A DNA stretch of 64,000 nt from Mobula birostris (Eukaryota), in assembly GCF_030028105.1 (NCBI RefSeq), contig NC_092382.1:100084699-100148698 (forward strand), written 5' to 3'. Made by a program: the position numbers and the translations under genes. Under the pieces are notes generated by a model that was not told where the DNA came from, made no database searches, and worked only from the letters and a program-made list of their open reading frames with translations. Positions within the stretch are counted from its first letter, which is position 1. Each line of letters opens with the position of its first letter. This document shows positions 10,830 through 23,984 of this stretch, one piece after another.

Positions 10830-11549
10830 GTCACTGTCAGAAGGGTCGTTGCTGTCAGCAAAACAGTAAACACGACTCCTGTCAATCATATGGTGGGAGG
10901 TGGGTCTATCATTCAGTGGTGAGCACCGAAGCGTCCAATCAGTGAAATAAGGGGCGATGCTATTGTTCTGCAGCTTTTCATTTCCCTTCTCCTCTGAAGC
11001 ATCCAGTTGGGTGAATACAATTCGCACACTCACCTTTCCAGTCTATTCTTCCTTGTCATTTCCGGCCTTTCCACACATCATCGATCCGAGAGAATCAAAA
11101 CCACTGAGTGCGCCAGTAATGTTCAGTCCCCAACAACAATTTCCTGCTCGCGTCACTTTTGTCTGTTGTTGGAAACACACAATACGATGAATACCGGAAG
11201 AATCCGGAACAGAGGAAACACGGGGCCTAAGTGTTCGACAGGCATACTGTACATGGTGGCGAATGTTGAGGAACAGCGGGGCCGCGGTGTACAGGGTAGT
11301 AAAAGGACCATGAATGGTGGGGCGTGTCGAGAGACAGAGGGACCTCAGTGTTACAAGGATAGGGCACACACCGTGAAATGTGAGGAGGGTGAAGGTACAG
11401 AGAGTCTTGGGTGCACGAAGATAGGAGAGTGACAGACAATGGGGATTGTGAAGAGACGGAGAGGGATAGGATAACAAGGGTAGGATACACAGCGTGAATA
11501 TGAAGTCTACCTCAATACATCGAGCAATGTCTGAAGACACAGGCTGCTA

Positions 11550-11564
11550 CCACTAGGGGGCGCA
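11550..11564 (+). promoter_or_regulatory. CTCF motif
   Basis: CCACTAGGGGGCGCA, ~600 bp upstream of B4 ATG. Confidence 0.75.
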
Positions 11565-12152
11565 CAAGAACTGCGTTAAAGTTTATGTAAGATATTTCGA
11601 GGGTATTTAAAAGGACACATTTTTTCTGTAAAGTGAATTTTATCTTCGGCTAGGTGGCAACCATTGCTAAGAGCCAGGGATCGACGCTCGGGGTGGGAAA
11701 GAAAGAGAAAGACTGGATGCCAAAGACTGCTCTATGAAGGACACAAGGTGTTTCATAAGGTTCACCGAATAGCACTCATTATGAGATTCCTGGCTACAGC
11801 GAAAAGGATATGAAGTTTTGTGTACACCTGTTGTGCAGATTTAAGAAATTACAAAGACTTGGGAGCTTAAATATATTGCAGACAGTGAGATAATCGGGGC
11901 CAGATGAAGAAAGAGAGATGGATGGACGAGGATAGCGTCAAAGAGGGAGAGTGCTGTGTAGTCATCTTGGTAGAGCGGAAGAGGTACACCCCTCAAATCG
12001 TGTTGGAACATCTAAAGGGCGTGGCCAATCGATACTTCCGCAAATCCACCTACGTCACTGATATAAGCAACCAAAGGGGTTTGAAGTGAATGGATTATTT
12101 CTCTGCTGCACGCACCACTTTCATGACTGAGAGAATGAACCCTCCAAGTAGG

Positions 12153-12777
12153 ATGTTTCTGTTTCTGCTCTTTATTCTCGCCTTCCACTGTGAGTGAAAT
12201 TTGACAAATATTACTTTTTTTCTTTCTCCGCTTCTCTCTTCCTTTCACATTCCCGTCACTGTTCGTCTTGGACTCGTTACTTGTTTAGTTACGAGCCGTC
12301 GCGTCCGCACGCGATCTGGCCTCGGTCGCAGCCTGTAAATTCCCATCTCCTCTCGAGCTTTCCCGACATCAATATCCTCTTGGCTTCCCTCAATGCACCC
12401 TTTTTCCTCCCCTTTCCCATTTGCCAACGTCTCCGTTTTCATTCACCCCGTTCTGCCTCCCCCGTCTCTTTTTTCCAGACGCGACCTCGGTGATGATCCA
12501 CCAGACGCCGGCTTTCTCGGGAACTGCCGGCCAGAAGGTGACCCTGCGTTGCACAGTAGAGGGTAGTACCAGTGTTGATAACGTGTTGTACTGGTACCGA
12601 CAATCCCCGGGAAACGGTCCGGAGAACATGTTTTACTCGAACACAGCTCCGTACGTCCAACCAGACGGAATGGTCAACGGTTTTACGGCGGAGAGACCAA
12701 AGAGCAACGAGTTCCTCCTGAAGTCCGACAAATTGGAGGCGAATTCTTCGGCCGTGTATTTCTGCGCCTGGAGTATT
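12153..12777 (+). CDS. TRBV: TCR beta V segment, family B (B4), intact
   Basis: Leader 12153-12189, exon 12479-12777; RSS CACGGCG 12778-12784, 23 nt, ACAAAAACC 12808-12816. Confidence 0.88.
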
Positions 12778-13766
12778 CACGGCGGCTCAGAGTGACGGGA
12801 CAGCCGAACAAAAACCTCGCCGACAAAAGGGTCGGTGCTGTCAGCAAAACAGGAAATACGACACCTGTCAATTATAGGGTGGGAGGCGGGTCTAGCTGAC
12901 AGGCGCTGCGCCGATGCGGCCAATCAGTGAAATAAGGGGCGGAGCTATTATGCAGTGGCATTTAATTTCCTCCCTTATTAAACATTCAGATGGGTGAATA
13001 TGATCCCCACAGCTCTCCCCACTCCATCTTTCCTTGATTGTGAAGCCTAGGGTAAGAGACAGACGGATAGTTAAGAAACTGGGAGAGAGTGGAGAACAGC
13101 TGTAGGACACACCCCGTGAATGGCAGATCACGGCGTCCGTGGAAGGAACAGAGGGATATTGATGGTCACCAATCTCAGAAGATGACAGAATATGAGGGTG
13201 TTGGCGGATCTTGGAATTCTAGCAGAAATAGTTTTCTCAGGCGGATTTGGGGTGCGCGGGCATTTGGGGCTGTCGGCGTATACGGGCTGCTAGTCGATTT
13301 GCTGGCGTGTGCAGATTTGGAAATTTTGGCGTATGTGAGAGTGCCGGCCGACATATAGGTACCTGCTCCATGCAGAGCACAGGGTATTTCACGTGGTTTG
13401 TCTATGATCTAGGAGGGCTTAGAATACAGATTCCAAATGTTTATTTTCACGAGATAGGAGAGTCAACCTGTTCCCGGTTTACTCCGGATCTCTCCTGCTT
13501 TCTGAGAGAGGAGCTCTGCGACATACAACAGGCTAACAACGGGAGTTGTACAAGGACTAAAATGCCACATGTGGTTAGGAGTTCGGTTATTATTAAGACA
13601 GATTCGCGTTTTAAATAAAAACTTGGTTTACTGTTGCTCCGCTTCTCGCACCGGATCTCTGGTATTCCGAAAATGAAAAGACGCAAGAGCATAAAAAAAT
13701 CAGCAAGAGGGTGATGTACGGCGTGGAGAGGTAAGAAGTTGAGCAGAGAGATAGATAGATACACCA

Positions 13767-13843
<77 letters not shown>

Positions 13844-14033
13844 GAGAATTGGTTGCTTAAATTTGTAGAGCGTAACAACATTTCCCTGAGATCGGATAGG
13901 TTCATGGAAGGGGCGTGGCTGATCGCTACTTCCGCAAGTCCACTGACGTCGGTGATATTAGTAACAAGTGAATGAATTCGTCTGTGCTGCACACAACACT
14001 TTCATCACTGAGAGGATAAACCCTCCAAGGAAG

Positions 14034-14707
14034 ATGCTTTTATTTCTGCGGTTTCTCCTCGCCTTCCACTGTGAGTGACGTTCACAAACAATATTAATTT
14101 TTATTTCTATGCTCCTCTCTTCCTTTCAGATTCCCTTCACGTGCTTTACCTTCCAGTAGTCTCGGAATATTTCAAAATTTATTTACGGGACCTCGCGTCC
14201 GCGCACTATATTACCTCTGCTGCCGCCTCTATTTCCGTCCTCCTCTCCATCTTTCCCAACCCCAGATCTCCTCCTTCCTTCCCTCAATGCACCATCTTTC
14301 TGCCCTTCCCTATTGACCCGGGTCTCCCTGATCAATCACCGCATTTTTCACCCCCGTCTCTTTTTCCAGACGCGACGTCCGTGACGATCCACCAGACTCC
14401 GGGTTTCTCCGGAACTCCCGGCCAGAAGGTGACCCTGAATTGCACAGTAGAGGGTAGCATCAGTGCTAGCGACTGGTTGTACTAGTACCGACAATTCCCG
14501 GGAAACGGACCGGAATACCTGTTTCACTCGACCGCAGTTAAATACGTGCAGCCGGAGAAATCGGTCGGCGGTTTTACGGCGGAGAGACCGAGGACCAACG
14601 AAATCTTCCTGAAGTCTGACAAACTAGAGGCGAAATCGTCGGCCCTGTATTTCTGTGCCTGGAGTATTCACGGTGGAACAGAGTGGCTGTGCAGTTGAAC
14701 AAAAACT
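14034..14707 (+). pseudogene. TRBV: Family B V pseudogene (B5), nonsense at the conserved Trp
   Basis: Leader 14034-14070, exon from 14370; TGG>TAG at 14483-14485; RSS CACGGTG 14669, 23 nt, ACAAAAACT intact. Confidence 0.9.
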
Positions 14708-15394
14708 CTCACTCTCAGAAGCGTCGCTGCTGTCAGCAAAACAGGGAACAAGACTCCTGTTAATCATATGGTGGGAGGTGGGCCTATCATTCAGTCATGT
14801 GCGCAGCAGCGTCCAATCAGTGAAATAAGGGCCGATTATATTGTACCGTTGCTTCTAATTTCCCTTCTCTTCTAAAGCAAGTTGGGTGAATTCAATTTGC
14901 ACACTTACCTTTCCAGTCTATTCTTCCTTGTCATTTCCGGTCTTCCCACACATTATCGGTCCGGGAGAACCAGAACCATTGAGTGCGCCGATAATGTTCA
15001 CTCCCCAAGATCAATTTCCCGCACGTGTCTTTTTTGTCTGTTGTTGGAAACACAGAATACGAAGAATACCGGATGGATCCGGAACAGAGGAAACACGGGA
15101 CATAAATGTTCGACAACCATACCGTACATGGTGGGAAATGCTGAGGAACAGAGGGGCCGCGGTTTACAAGGTTGAAAAAAGACCGTGAATGGGGGTGGGG
15201 CGTGTGGAGGGAGAGATGAACCTCGGTGTGCAGAATAGGACACACACCCTGAATGGTGGGGAACGTGGCCAATCGCGACGTCCACAAATCCACCCACCTC
15301 ACTGGGATACGTAACAAACGGGATGGAAGTGAATGAATTCGTCTCCGCCGCCCGCACCACTTTCATCACTGAGAGAGTAAGCGCTCCGCGGGAG

Positions 15395-16069
15395 GTGTTC
15401 CTTTTTCTGCAATTCGTCCTCGCCTTCCGCTGTGAGTGAAAGTTCCCAAATATTTCTTTTCATTCTCTGCTTGTGTCTTCCTGTCACATTCCTTCCACTT
15501 GCTTTCCCCTCCCGTCGTCTAGGAGCCATTTCTTATTTACTTACGAGGCCTCGCGTCCGCAGACTATCTGCCCTCTGCCGCCGCCATTAAATTCTGATCT
15601 CCTCTCCAAATGTCCCCTTCTTCAGTTATCTTTTTTGCCTCCTTCAATGCAGCCTGTTTATCGTCATCCCCACTGATCCGCTTCTCCGCTTCCCTTCTCC
15701 CCGTTCAGGCAAGACCATCTCTTTTTACCGGGCGCGACCTCGGTGACGATCCACCAGATGCCGGCTTTCTCCGGAACTGCCGGCCAGAAGGTGACCCTGC
15801 GTTGCACAGTCGAGGGTAGTACCAGTGCTGATAACTACTTGTACTGGTACCGACAATATGCGGGAAAGAGTCCAGAGAATATGTTTTACTCGTCGATAGC
15901 TAATTCCGTGCTGCCAAATGAATTGGTCGACGGTTTTACGGCGGAGAGACCGCAGGCCAACAAGATCTTCCTGATGTCCGACAAACTGGAGGGGAATCCG
16001 GCGGCCGTGTATTTCTGCGCCTGGAGTGATCACGGCGGCTCAGAGTGACGGGGCAGCTGTACAAAAACT
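15395..16069 (+). pseudogene. TRBV: Family B V (B6): open V exon, but start codon and splice acceptor mutated
   Basis: Leader begins GTG at 15395; acceptor AG>GG at 15730-15731; V frame open to YFCAWSD; RSS CACGGCG 16031, 23 nt, ACAAAAACT. Confidence 0.75.
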
Positions 16070-16926
16070 CTCACCGTCAGGGAGTTCGCTGCTGTCAGTA
16101 AAACAGGAAACACGACTCATGCCAATCATATGGTGGGGGTGGGTCTGTCATTCAGTCGTGCGCGCCGTAGCGGCGAATCAGTGAAAGAAGGGGCGGTGGT
16201 ACAGGTCTTCACGTCGTCCACTGAAGCATTCAGATGAGTGAAGAGAAACCGCGCACCGATCTTCCCACTCATCCTTCCTTATGTGCAGTCTTCTCGCCGA
16301 TCTTTAATACGGGTTTTCTCGTCACTTTTGAGTGCGACCGATAATGTGAGGAGAAACACATCGAACATGAACTCATGAACTGAAGAGTCCTCCAAGGGCT
16401 GTGTGATGGAGGGGAGATGCGCATGGGGCTCCCAGATCTATGACAGAAAACGCAGAGGTACAAGAACGCCAACCATTCTCCATAGTGATCACACCAGGCA
16501 GAGGAATGGTCCACACCTGCTCTGGACGGAACCCATGATGTTTCATAAGGATAATCATGTGGCCCTCATTATTACAGAGTATTGGCTTCATTGAAATGGA
16601 GGTGAAGTGTTCCCGTCTTCTTTCACCTGTTGTGTAGCTTTCAGAAATTTAAGAGAATTGGGAGCTTAAATACACCGAGGGGAGATGAAGAAAGAGACAG
16701 GGAAAGGCGGGAAGAGCAACAGAGAGTGTGTATAGCGTGGTCAACATGTTCGAGCGGATTCAGCACACCCCGCGGAACGGGTTGGAGCATGGAAGGGGCG
16801 TGGCCAATCTTTGCTTGCGCAACACACCTACGTCACTGGTATTAGTAACAATCGGGGCTGAAGTGAATCGATTATTTCTCTGCTGCTCGCACTATCATGA
16901 CTGAGACAAATAGCCCTTCAAGAAGG

Positions 16927-17500
16927 ATGTTTCTGTTTCTGCACTTCATTCTCGAATTGCACTGTGAGTGAAAATTAACAAATATTATTTTTCTTCTATC
17001 TCTGCCTTCCTCTCGTTCTATCGTAGCCCGTAAATTCCCATCGCCTCTAGAGATTTTCCGACCTCCATCATCCTCTTCGCTTCCCTCAATGCACCCTCTT
17101 TCTCGCCTTTCCCATTGACTGGCGTCTCCGTTTTCATTCACCACGTTCTGCCTCCCCCGTCTCTTATTTCCAGACGCAACCTCAGTGACCATCCTCCAGA
17201 CGCCGGCTTTCTCCGGAACTGCCGGCCAGAAGGTGACCTTGAATTGCAGAGTAGAGGGTAGTGCCAGTTTTGGTAACATGTTGTACTGGTACCGACAATA
17301 CCCGGGAAAGAGTCCGGAGAACATGTTTTACTCGGCGATAGCTAATGCCGTGCTGCCAAATGAACTGGTCGGCGGTGAGACGGCAGACCAACGAGATCTT
17401 CCTGAAGTCCGACAAACTGGAGGCGAATTCGTCGGCCGTGTATTTCTGCGCCTAGAGTATTCACGGCGGCTCAGAGTTATGGGGCAGCTGACCAAAAACC
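16927..17500 (+). pseudogene. TRBV: Family B V pseudogene (B7)
   Basis: Leader 16927-16963, exon from 17174; 11-nt deletion at 17376/17377 relative to B8; CAWS Trp is TAG; RSS 17462-17500. Confidence 0.88.
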
Positions 17501-18349
17501 TCGCCGTCAGAGTACTCGCTGTTGTCAGCAACACAGGAAACACGACTCCTGTCAATCATAGTGTAGGTTGGGCCTATGATTTGTCGTGCGCGCTGTAGCG
17601 GCAAATCAGTGAAAGGAGGGGCGGTGGTATAACCTTTCATGTCCTCCATTAAACCATTCAAAAATAGAAAAGATAATCCGCGCGCCGATCTTCACTCTCC
17701 ATCATTCCTTATGAGCAGTCTTCTCACCGATCTTCCGCACGGGTGGATCGTCACTTTTGAGTGCGACCGAAAACGTGACGAGAAACACATGGCACATGAA
17801 ATGAAGAGTCCTTCAGAGGCTGAGGAATGGAGTAGGGTTGGGCATGGGGTCTCGCATTTCCACCCCGTCAAACGCAGAGGTACGGAAACGCCAAAAGATT
17901 CTCCAAAGTACTCATCCCAGGGAGAGGAAGCATTTTTAGAGATAAGCCACATTAGGGAAAAATTGAACGTCTGCTCCAGTACAGGGCGTTCTGATGATCA
18001 GCTGTCGGCGGCCTCTGCCCATGAGAGGATGACGGGGTGCAGTGAGGAATTAAAGGATCTCTTAGTATCCCCTATTCACTATGACATCCATTACCGGTTC
18101 AATTGTGATGGGGCAGAAAGAGGAAGGAATTGCCACACCCGCTCCAAAATAGTCACGGATGTCTTCCGTATATATTTTCGCTCCCATCCTCTTCTGAGTG
18201 ACTGCCCCGCAGCGGCGACTGGCTTTGATTGACAGCAATTCCTATTTTACTGACCGCAGCGCCCCCTACGTCCCTTAGGCGTGACCCACCAGCCTCACGC
18301 TCAATTCCTTTCCAGATCCCGTCTAAACTTCGCAAAGTCATCCAGGCGA

Positions 18350-18460
18350 CATCTGTCCGGAGTTTGTACGTTCTCCCCGTGAAGGGCGCGTGTTTGCTCC
18401 GGGTGATCCGGTTTCCTCCCACTGTCCGAGCACGTGCAGATTAGTCGGTAAATTGGTCCT
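18350..18460 (+). mobile_element. V-SINE/HE1-like SINE remnant inside a duplicated intergenic block
   Basis: ggagtttgtacgttctccccgtg...ccggtttcctccca core; copies at ~21110-21240, 60920-61040 and 24400-24480. Confidence 0.6.
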
Positions 18461-19092
18461 TTTGCCTTGCCATGTTCTTGGTCTCGGGTTAGATTGCTGG
18501 CTTTCCGAGCGGTGTGGCTCGTTGGGCTGAAAGAGTCTGTATTGCACTGTGTTTCTAAATTAAATAAACACAAAATGAATATTCCCGCCGGTCTGACTAC
18601 AGACGCTGCCTGCTCACTGACCTACACACTGGCAAATTTCTGCTTTATTGACGGAATGTCCATTCCCGGAAACCCTCTCCCTGGAGATTACGATGCTATT
18701 GATCATCTTCTCCGTCGTCTGTCTGAAAAACCGTTATACGTCAATCTCAGAAGTAAACGGCCGATCGGATTCGTAAGGAGACCGGAGGACTTCTGCCTGA
18801 AGTGGTTGCGGCTCGGCCTAAAACCGTCCGCCGTGCCCTCGAACTGCAAGTACAGAGCAACGGACGAGAAGAACAAGTATATCTGCAAATCAGTGTAACA
18901 CGGATTAGAAGTTTGTAGGAAAAAATGTTTTCAACCTGGATCCTGGTAAGTGCAAAAAGCTGGGAATGGACACATATTCTTGTGGTTTAATAGTGGGGAA
19001 GAATATGGTTTTCCTTACAGATCTGCTCTCTCTACCTCTTTACCAAAAATTTCGATCGGAGGGCGAGCGACGTGTAAAGGCACAGTCTGCTC

Positions 19093-19107
19093 CCACTAGA
19101 GGGCGGA
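19093..19107 (+). promoter_or_regulatory. CTCF motif
   Basis: CCACTAGAGGGCGGA, ~580 bp upstream of B8 ATG. Confidence 0.72.
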
Positions 19108-19670
19108 AAATCACTGTGGTAAAATCTATGTTAGATTTTTCAAAGGGGATGAAAAGGGTCAAATTATTGTATAAAGGTGAATTTTCTCTTCGGTTGCGAT
19201 GCATGAGGTGCTAAGAGACCGAGACAGAGGCTCAGGCAGAGCAAGAAAGAGAGAGATTGAATGCCGAAGACTTCTCTGTGCGGTACCCATGATGTTTCAT
19301 AAGGATAATTATGTGACCCTCATTATCAGAGACGTTTGGCTTCAGCGAAATTGATGTGAAGTGTGCCCGTCTTCTTTCACCTGCTGTGGAGATTTCCGAA
19401 AGTTATGAGAATTGGGAGCTTAAATAAACCGAGGAGACATGAAGAAAGAGAGAGGGAAAGGCGGGAAGAGCAACAGAGCGAGTGTATAGCGTGGTCAACA
19501 TGATAGAGTACATCCCTCGAAACGGGTTGGAACATGGAAGGGGCGTGGCCAATATTTGCTTGCGTAACACACCTACGTGACTGGTATAAGTAACAAACGG
19601 GGCTAAGTGAATCGATTATTTCTCTGCTGCTCGCACTATCATGACTGGGAGAAATAACCTTTCCTAAAGG

Positions 19671-20222
19671 ATGTTTCTGTTTCTGCAATTCATTCTCGCC
19701 TTGCACTGTGAGTGAAAATTGACAAATAATATACATTTCTTCTATCTCTGCTTCTCTCCTGCTTTATCGTAGTCCCTAAATTCCGATCGCTTCTAGAGAT
19801 TTTCCGACCGCCATCACCCTCTTTGCTTCCCTCAATGCACCCTCTTTCTCGCCTTTCTCATTGACTGGCGTCTCCGTTTTCATTCACCACGTTCTGCCTC
19901 CCCCCCCCGTGTCTTATTTCCAGATGCGACCTCGGTGACCATCCTCCAGACGCCGGCTTTCTCCGGATCCACCGGCCAGAAGGTGACCCTGAATTGCACA
20001 GTAGAGGGTAGCACCAGTGCTGGTAACGCGTTGTACTGGTACCGACAATTCCCGGGAAAGGGTCCGGAGAACATGTTTTACTCGACGATAGCTAAATCCG
20101 TGCTGCCAAAGGAACTGGTCGGCGGTTTTACGGCGGTGAGACCGCAGACCAACGAGATCTTCCTGAAGTCCGATAAACTGGAGGCGAATTCGTCGGCCGT
20201 GTATTTCTGCGCCTGGAGTATT
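19671..20222 (+). CDS. TRBV: TCR beta V segment, family B (B8), intact
   Basis: Leader 19671-19707, exon 19924-20222; RSS CACGGCG 20223-20229, 23 nt, ACAAAAACT 20253-20261. Confidence 0.88.
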
Positions 20223-22209
20223 CACGGCGGCTCAGAGTGACGGGGCAGCTGTACAAAAACTCTCACTGTCAGCGTACTCGCTACTGTCAGCATAGCAGGA
20301 AACACGACTCTTGTCAATCATAGTGTGGGGTGGGTCTATGATTTGTCGTGCGCGTCGTAGTGGCAAATCAGTGAAAGAAGGGGCGGTGGTACAACTTTCA
20401 TGTTCTCCACTAAAGCATTCAAATAGGAAAAGATAATCCGCGCACCGATCTTCTCTCTCCATCCTTCCTTATGAGCAGTCTTCTCACCGATCTTCAGCAC
20501 AGGTGGATCATCACTTTTGAGTGCGACCGCCAATGTAACGAGAAGCACATGGCACCTGAAGTGAAGAGTCCGTGAAAAGCTGAGGAATGGAGTAGGGTTG
20601 GGCATGGGGCGCTCGCATTTCCACCCCGTCAAACGCAGAGGTACGGAAACGCCAACAGATTCTCCAAAGCACTCATTCCAGGGAGAGCAAGCATTTTTAA
20701 AGATAAGCCACTCTTGGGTACAAATTGGACGTCTGCTCCAGGACAGGGTGATCTGATAATCAACTGTCGGCGGCCTCTGCCCTTGAAAGGATGACTGGGT
20801 GAAGTGAGGAATTAAAGGATCTCTTATTATACCCTATTCGCAGTGACATCTATTACCCGATTCGATTGTGATGGGGCAGAAAGAGGAAGGAATTGCCACA
20901 CCCGCTCCAAGATAGTCACGGATGTCTTCCGTATATATTTTCGCTCCCATCCTCTTCTGAGTGACGGCTCCGCGGGGCTACTGGCTTTGATTGACAGCAA
21001 TTCCGTATTTTGCTGACCGTAGCGCCCCCTATCTCCCGAATCGTGAACCACCAGCACCACGCTCGATTGCTGCCCATATCCCGTCCAAACTCAGCAAACT
21101 CATCCAGGCGACATCTGTCCAGAGTTTGCACGTCCTCCCCGTGAAGGGTGCGTGTTTGCTCAGGATGCTCCGGCTTCCTCCCACAATCCGAGCATTGCAG
21201 GTTGGTAGCTGAATTGGTCCTTTTGCATTTCCATGTTCTAGTTGCTAATAAATATTATTAGTTAATAGCAATACTGGACTCCCAAAGTGTTTTCCATCTC
21301 TGCTGGTTCTTTATTCCCGTCACGGGGTACGTGACACCACAGTCCGAGCAGGTGCAGGTTAGTAGCTGAATTGGACATTTTACCTCGTAATGTTCTTGGT
21401 CCAGGGTTAGGGTGCTGATTTTCTCAGCTGTGTTGCTCTTAGGGCGGAAAAGGTTTCTTCCGCGGTGTATTTCTAAATAAGATAAGCGCGAAATGAATAT
21501 TCCCACCGGCACCCTTCTCTGACTGGCCGCTACACTGCGTCCTGTGACTACAGACGCTGCCCGCTCACTGATTGACAAGCCGGCGAAATTCTGCTTTGCC
21601 GACGGTACGTCCATCCCCGGAAACCCTCACCCTCGAGACTGCGAGGGGTCTTGATCAGCTCCTCCGTCGTCTGTCCGAAAAGGCTTTCATACGCCAAGCG
21701 CAGAAATAAACGGCTGACGGATTCGCAAGGAGGCCGGAGGACTTCTGCCTGAGTTGGTTGCTGCTCAGCCTAAAACCGTCCGCCCTGCCCTCGAACTGCA
21801 CGTACAGCGCAATAGACGAGTAGAACAAGTTCTGATGTCCCTTACCCGGGAAGGGTATGCACCCGACATGTTATTGCTGGTGCCACCGCCGCCCTCGACC
21901 GCACATTCTGGGACAACCAGTGCTGGCCAAGAATGTGGTCCGTCGATGCGTAACTTTGGGGATAAGTTGGTTCTTCACGCCTTTCACCTCCGTGAACCAA
22001 TCAGTGACGATATTCAAATTCTGGACTCGTTCATACAACCCTCCCGTCCGTTCTCTGATGATTTGTGGAGGTTAACTTTGTTTTCATTCATTCTCTTTGT
22101 CTACCTCTATCCCACACTCTCGATTTCTCTGTGGATTTCGATATTTATCCGTCTACCTATCTGGATACCTAACTATCCAGGCCATACGACGTGGCCGATC
22201 AGGACCATG

Positions 22210-23330
22210 ATTGTTCTCGGCAAATCTGCGGAAGTGTCTTGCCATTGCCTTCCTCTGGGCAGTGGGTCTACAAGACGGGAGACCCCAAAGGTTGTCTGCC
22301 TGGCGTCAGTAGGACGTGATATACACCGACGTCACGTACGATTCTGCTTCAATGGTTCACCAGGTGCTGATCGGGGGCTGAACGGGTGCTACATCTTCTC
22401 CGGGTTTGACCTGCAGGTTATCGGAGGGAAGGAGCGACTTTACCTTATTTAATTGAAACGTATTTCCAATCTGCAGAGAGGAAATTAAGAACCTGGTGGC
22501 ATGGTGTGAACACAATAACCTATCCCTCAACGTCAGCAAGACCAAGGAATTGGTTTTTGACTTCAGAAGGAGCAGCGGACCCCATGACCCAATTTACATC
22601 GGTGGTGCGCAAGTGGAACAGGTAAAAAGCTTTAAGTTCCTAGGGGTCAATATCACAAATGACCTGACTTGGACCAACCAAGCAGAATCCACTGCCTAGT
22701 AGGCCCATCATTGCCTTTACTTCCTGAGAAAGCTAAAGAAATTTGGCCTGTCCCCTAAAACCCTCACTAATTTTTATAGATTCACCGTAGAAACCATTCT
22801 TCTGGGGTGCATCACAACCTGGTATGGAAGTTGTCCTGTCCAAAACCGGAAGAAGCTTCACAAGATCGTGAACACGGCCCAGCACATCACACAAACCAAT
22901 CTTCCGTCCTGGACTCACTTTACACCGCACGCTGTCGGAGCAGTGCTGCCAGGATAGTCAAGGACACGACCCACCCGGCCAACACGTTTTTTCTCCCTCT
23001 TCCCTCGGGGAGAAGGCTCAGGAGCTTGAAGACTCGTACGGCCAGATTTGGAAACAGCTTCTTTCCAACTGTGATAAGACTGCTGAACGGATCCTGACCG
23101 GGATCTGGACCGTACCCTCCAAATATCCGGACATGTCTCTCGGTATTTTTTTATTTTGCACTACCGTTCTTTCCCTTTTCTAATTTCAATTTATTATTTA
23201 TAATTTAATATTTTAATATTTACTATGCATTTCTAATCCAGGGGGCGTGAAGTGCAGAATCAAATATTGCCTTGATGATTGTACGCTCTAGTATCAATTG
23301 TTTTGTGACAAAAAAGTAAAGTAAAATAAA
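22210..23330 (+). mobile_element. Rex1/Babar-like LINE fragment
   Basis: WCEHNNLSLNVSKTKELVFDFRR, FKFLGVNITNDLTW, IVKDTTHPANTFFLPLPSGRRLRSL; AT-rich 3' UTR; boundaries approximate. Confidence 0.8.
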
Positions 23331-23984
23331 CTCTCTATCTATCAATTTATCTATCTATCTATCTATGTATCTATCTAACTACATTCCTACCGATCTATCT
23401 ATCCATCCAATTTCTATCTATTGGTCCTTCCCCTTGACGTTGTGCTATTCTGCGTGATAAGTATTTGTTTGCCTTCCGTCTGTTTATGTCTGCATTATGT
23501 TTGACAATACATCTGTATTCGTGATCTTGACTTTATTTTCGTCTTTGTCATGCACTATGCGTTCGAAATGTCCTTCTGTCTCTCTCCCACTCTCTCTCCC
23601 TCCCTATCCGCACCCGTGTCTGCTCCTCAGGTCACTTCCCCTCCGTTATAAGCAGCTCTGCTTTCTGAACGTGTGCTGAGCGGAAACCGAACCGTGCTGT
23701 GCGGCGGGAGGAGCGGAAGGACAGTTGCACGGCAGTTGAACTGTGGACTGCATCTGTGCCCTGCGCTCCCATCTCTGCGGTTGCTGCTGGCGCCCGCGTC
23801 ACACAAACTGTGCCGTCAGTGGTTGTACGCCACAGGGTACACTGAGCCCCGATATCAGATCCATCGTAATCCGGCCCGGACGATTAGCTTTACAGAAGTG
23901 GCGCTATAATATCTTCGCCAGGCGGAAAGGTAGAAGGACATACTGATAGCATGGTAGATAGATAAATACCATTCTGATATGTCT

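Larger units (their letters stand above)
4972..15280 (+). repeat. Three tandem copies of a ~3.85-kb two-V cassette
   Basis: Offsets between homologous V exons: 6603/10503/14370 and 8646/12479; intergenic blocks and (GT)n(GA)n tract repeat in register. Confidence 0.85.

Noticed and set aside
4972-15280. CRISPR-like or prokaryotic system
   Set aside because: Spliced vertebrate genes and LINEs; repeats are kb-scale gene duplications, not repeat-spacer arrays
18257-18270. Reverse-strand CTCF-like cagcgcccccta (also ~21018, ~60830)
   Set aside because: Only the 3' half matches, with 3-4 mismatches in the CCAC half; kept only as a caveat to the polarity finding
21754-22452. 232-aa ORF, likewise 44596-45372 (258 aa) and 49793-50398 (201 aa)
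   Set aside because: They run across repeat junctions or low-complexity TE/LTR DNA with no recognisable domain
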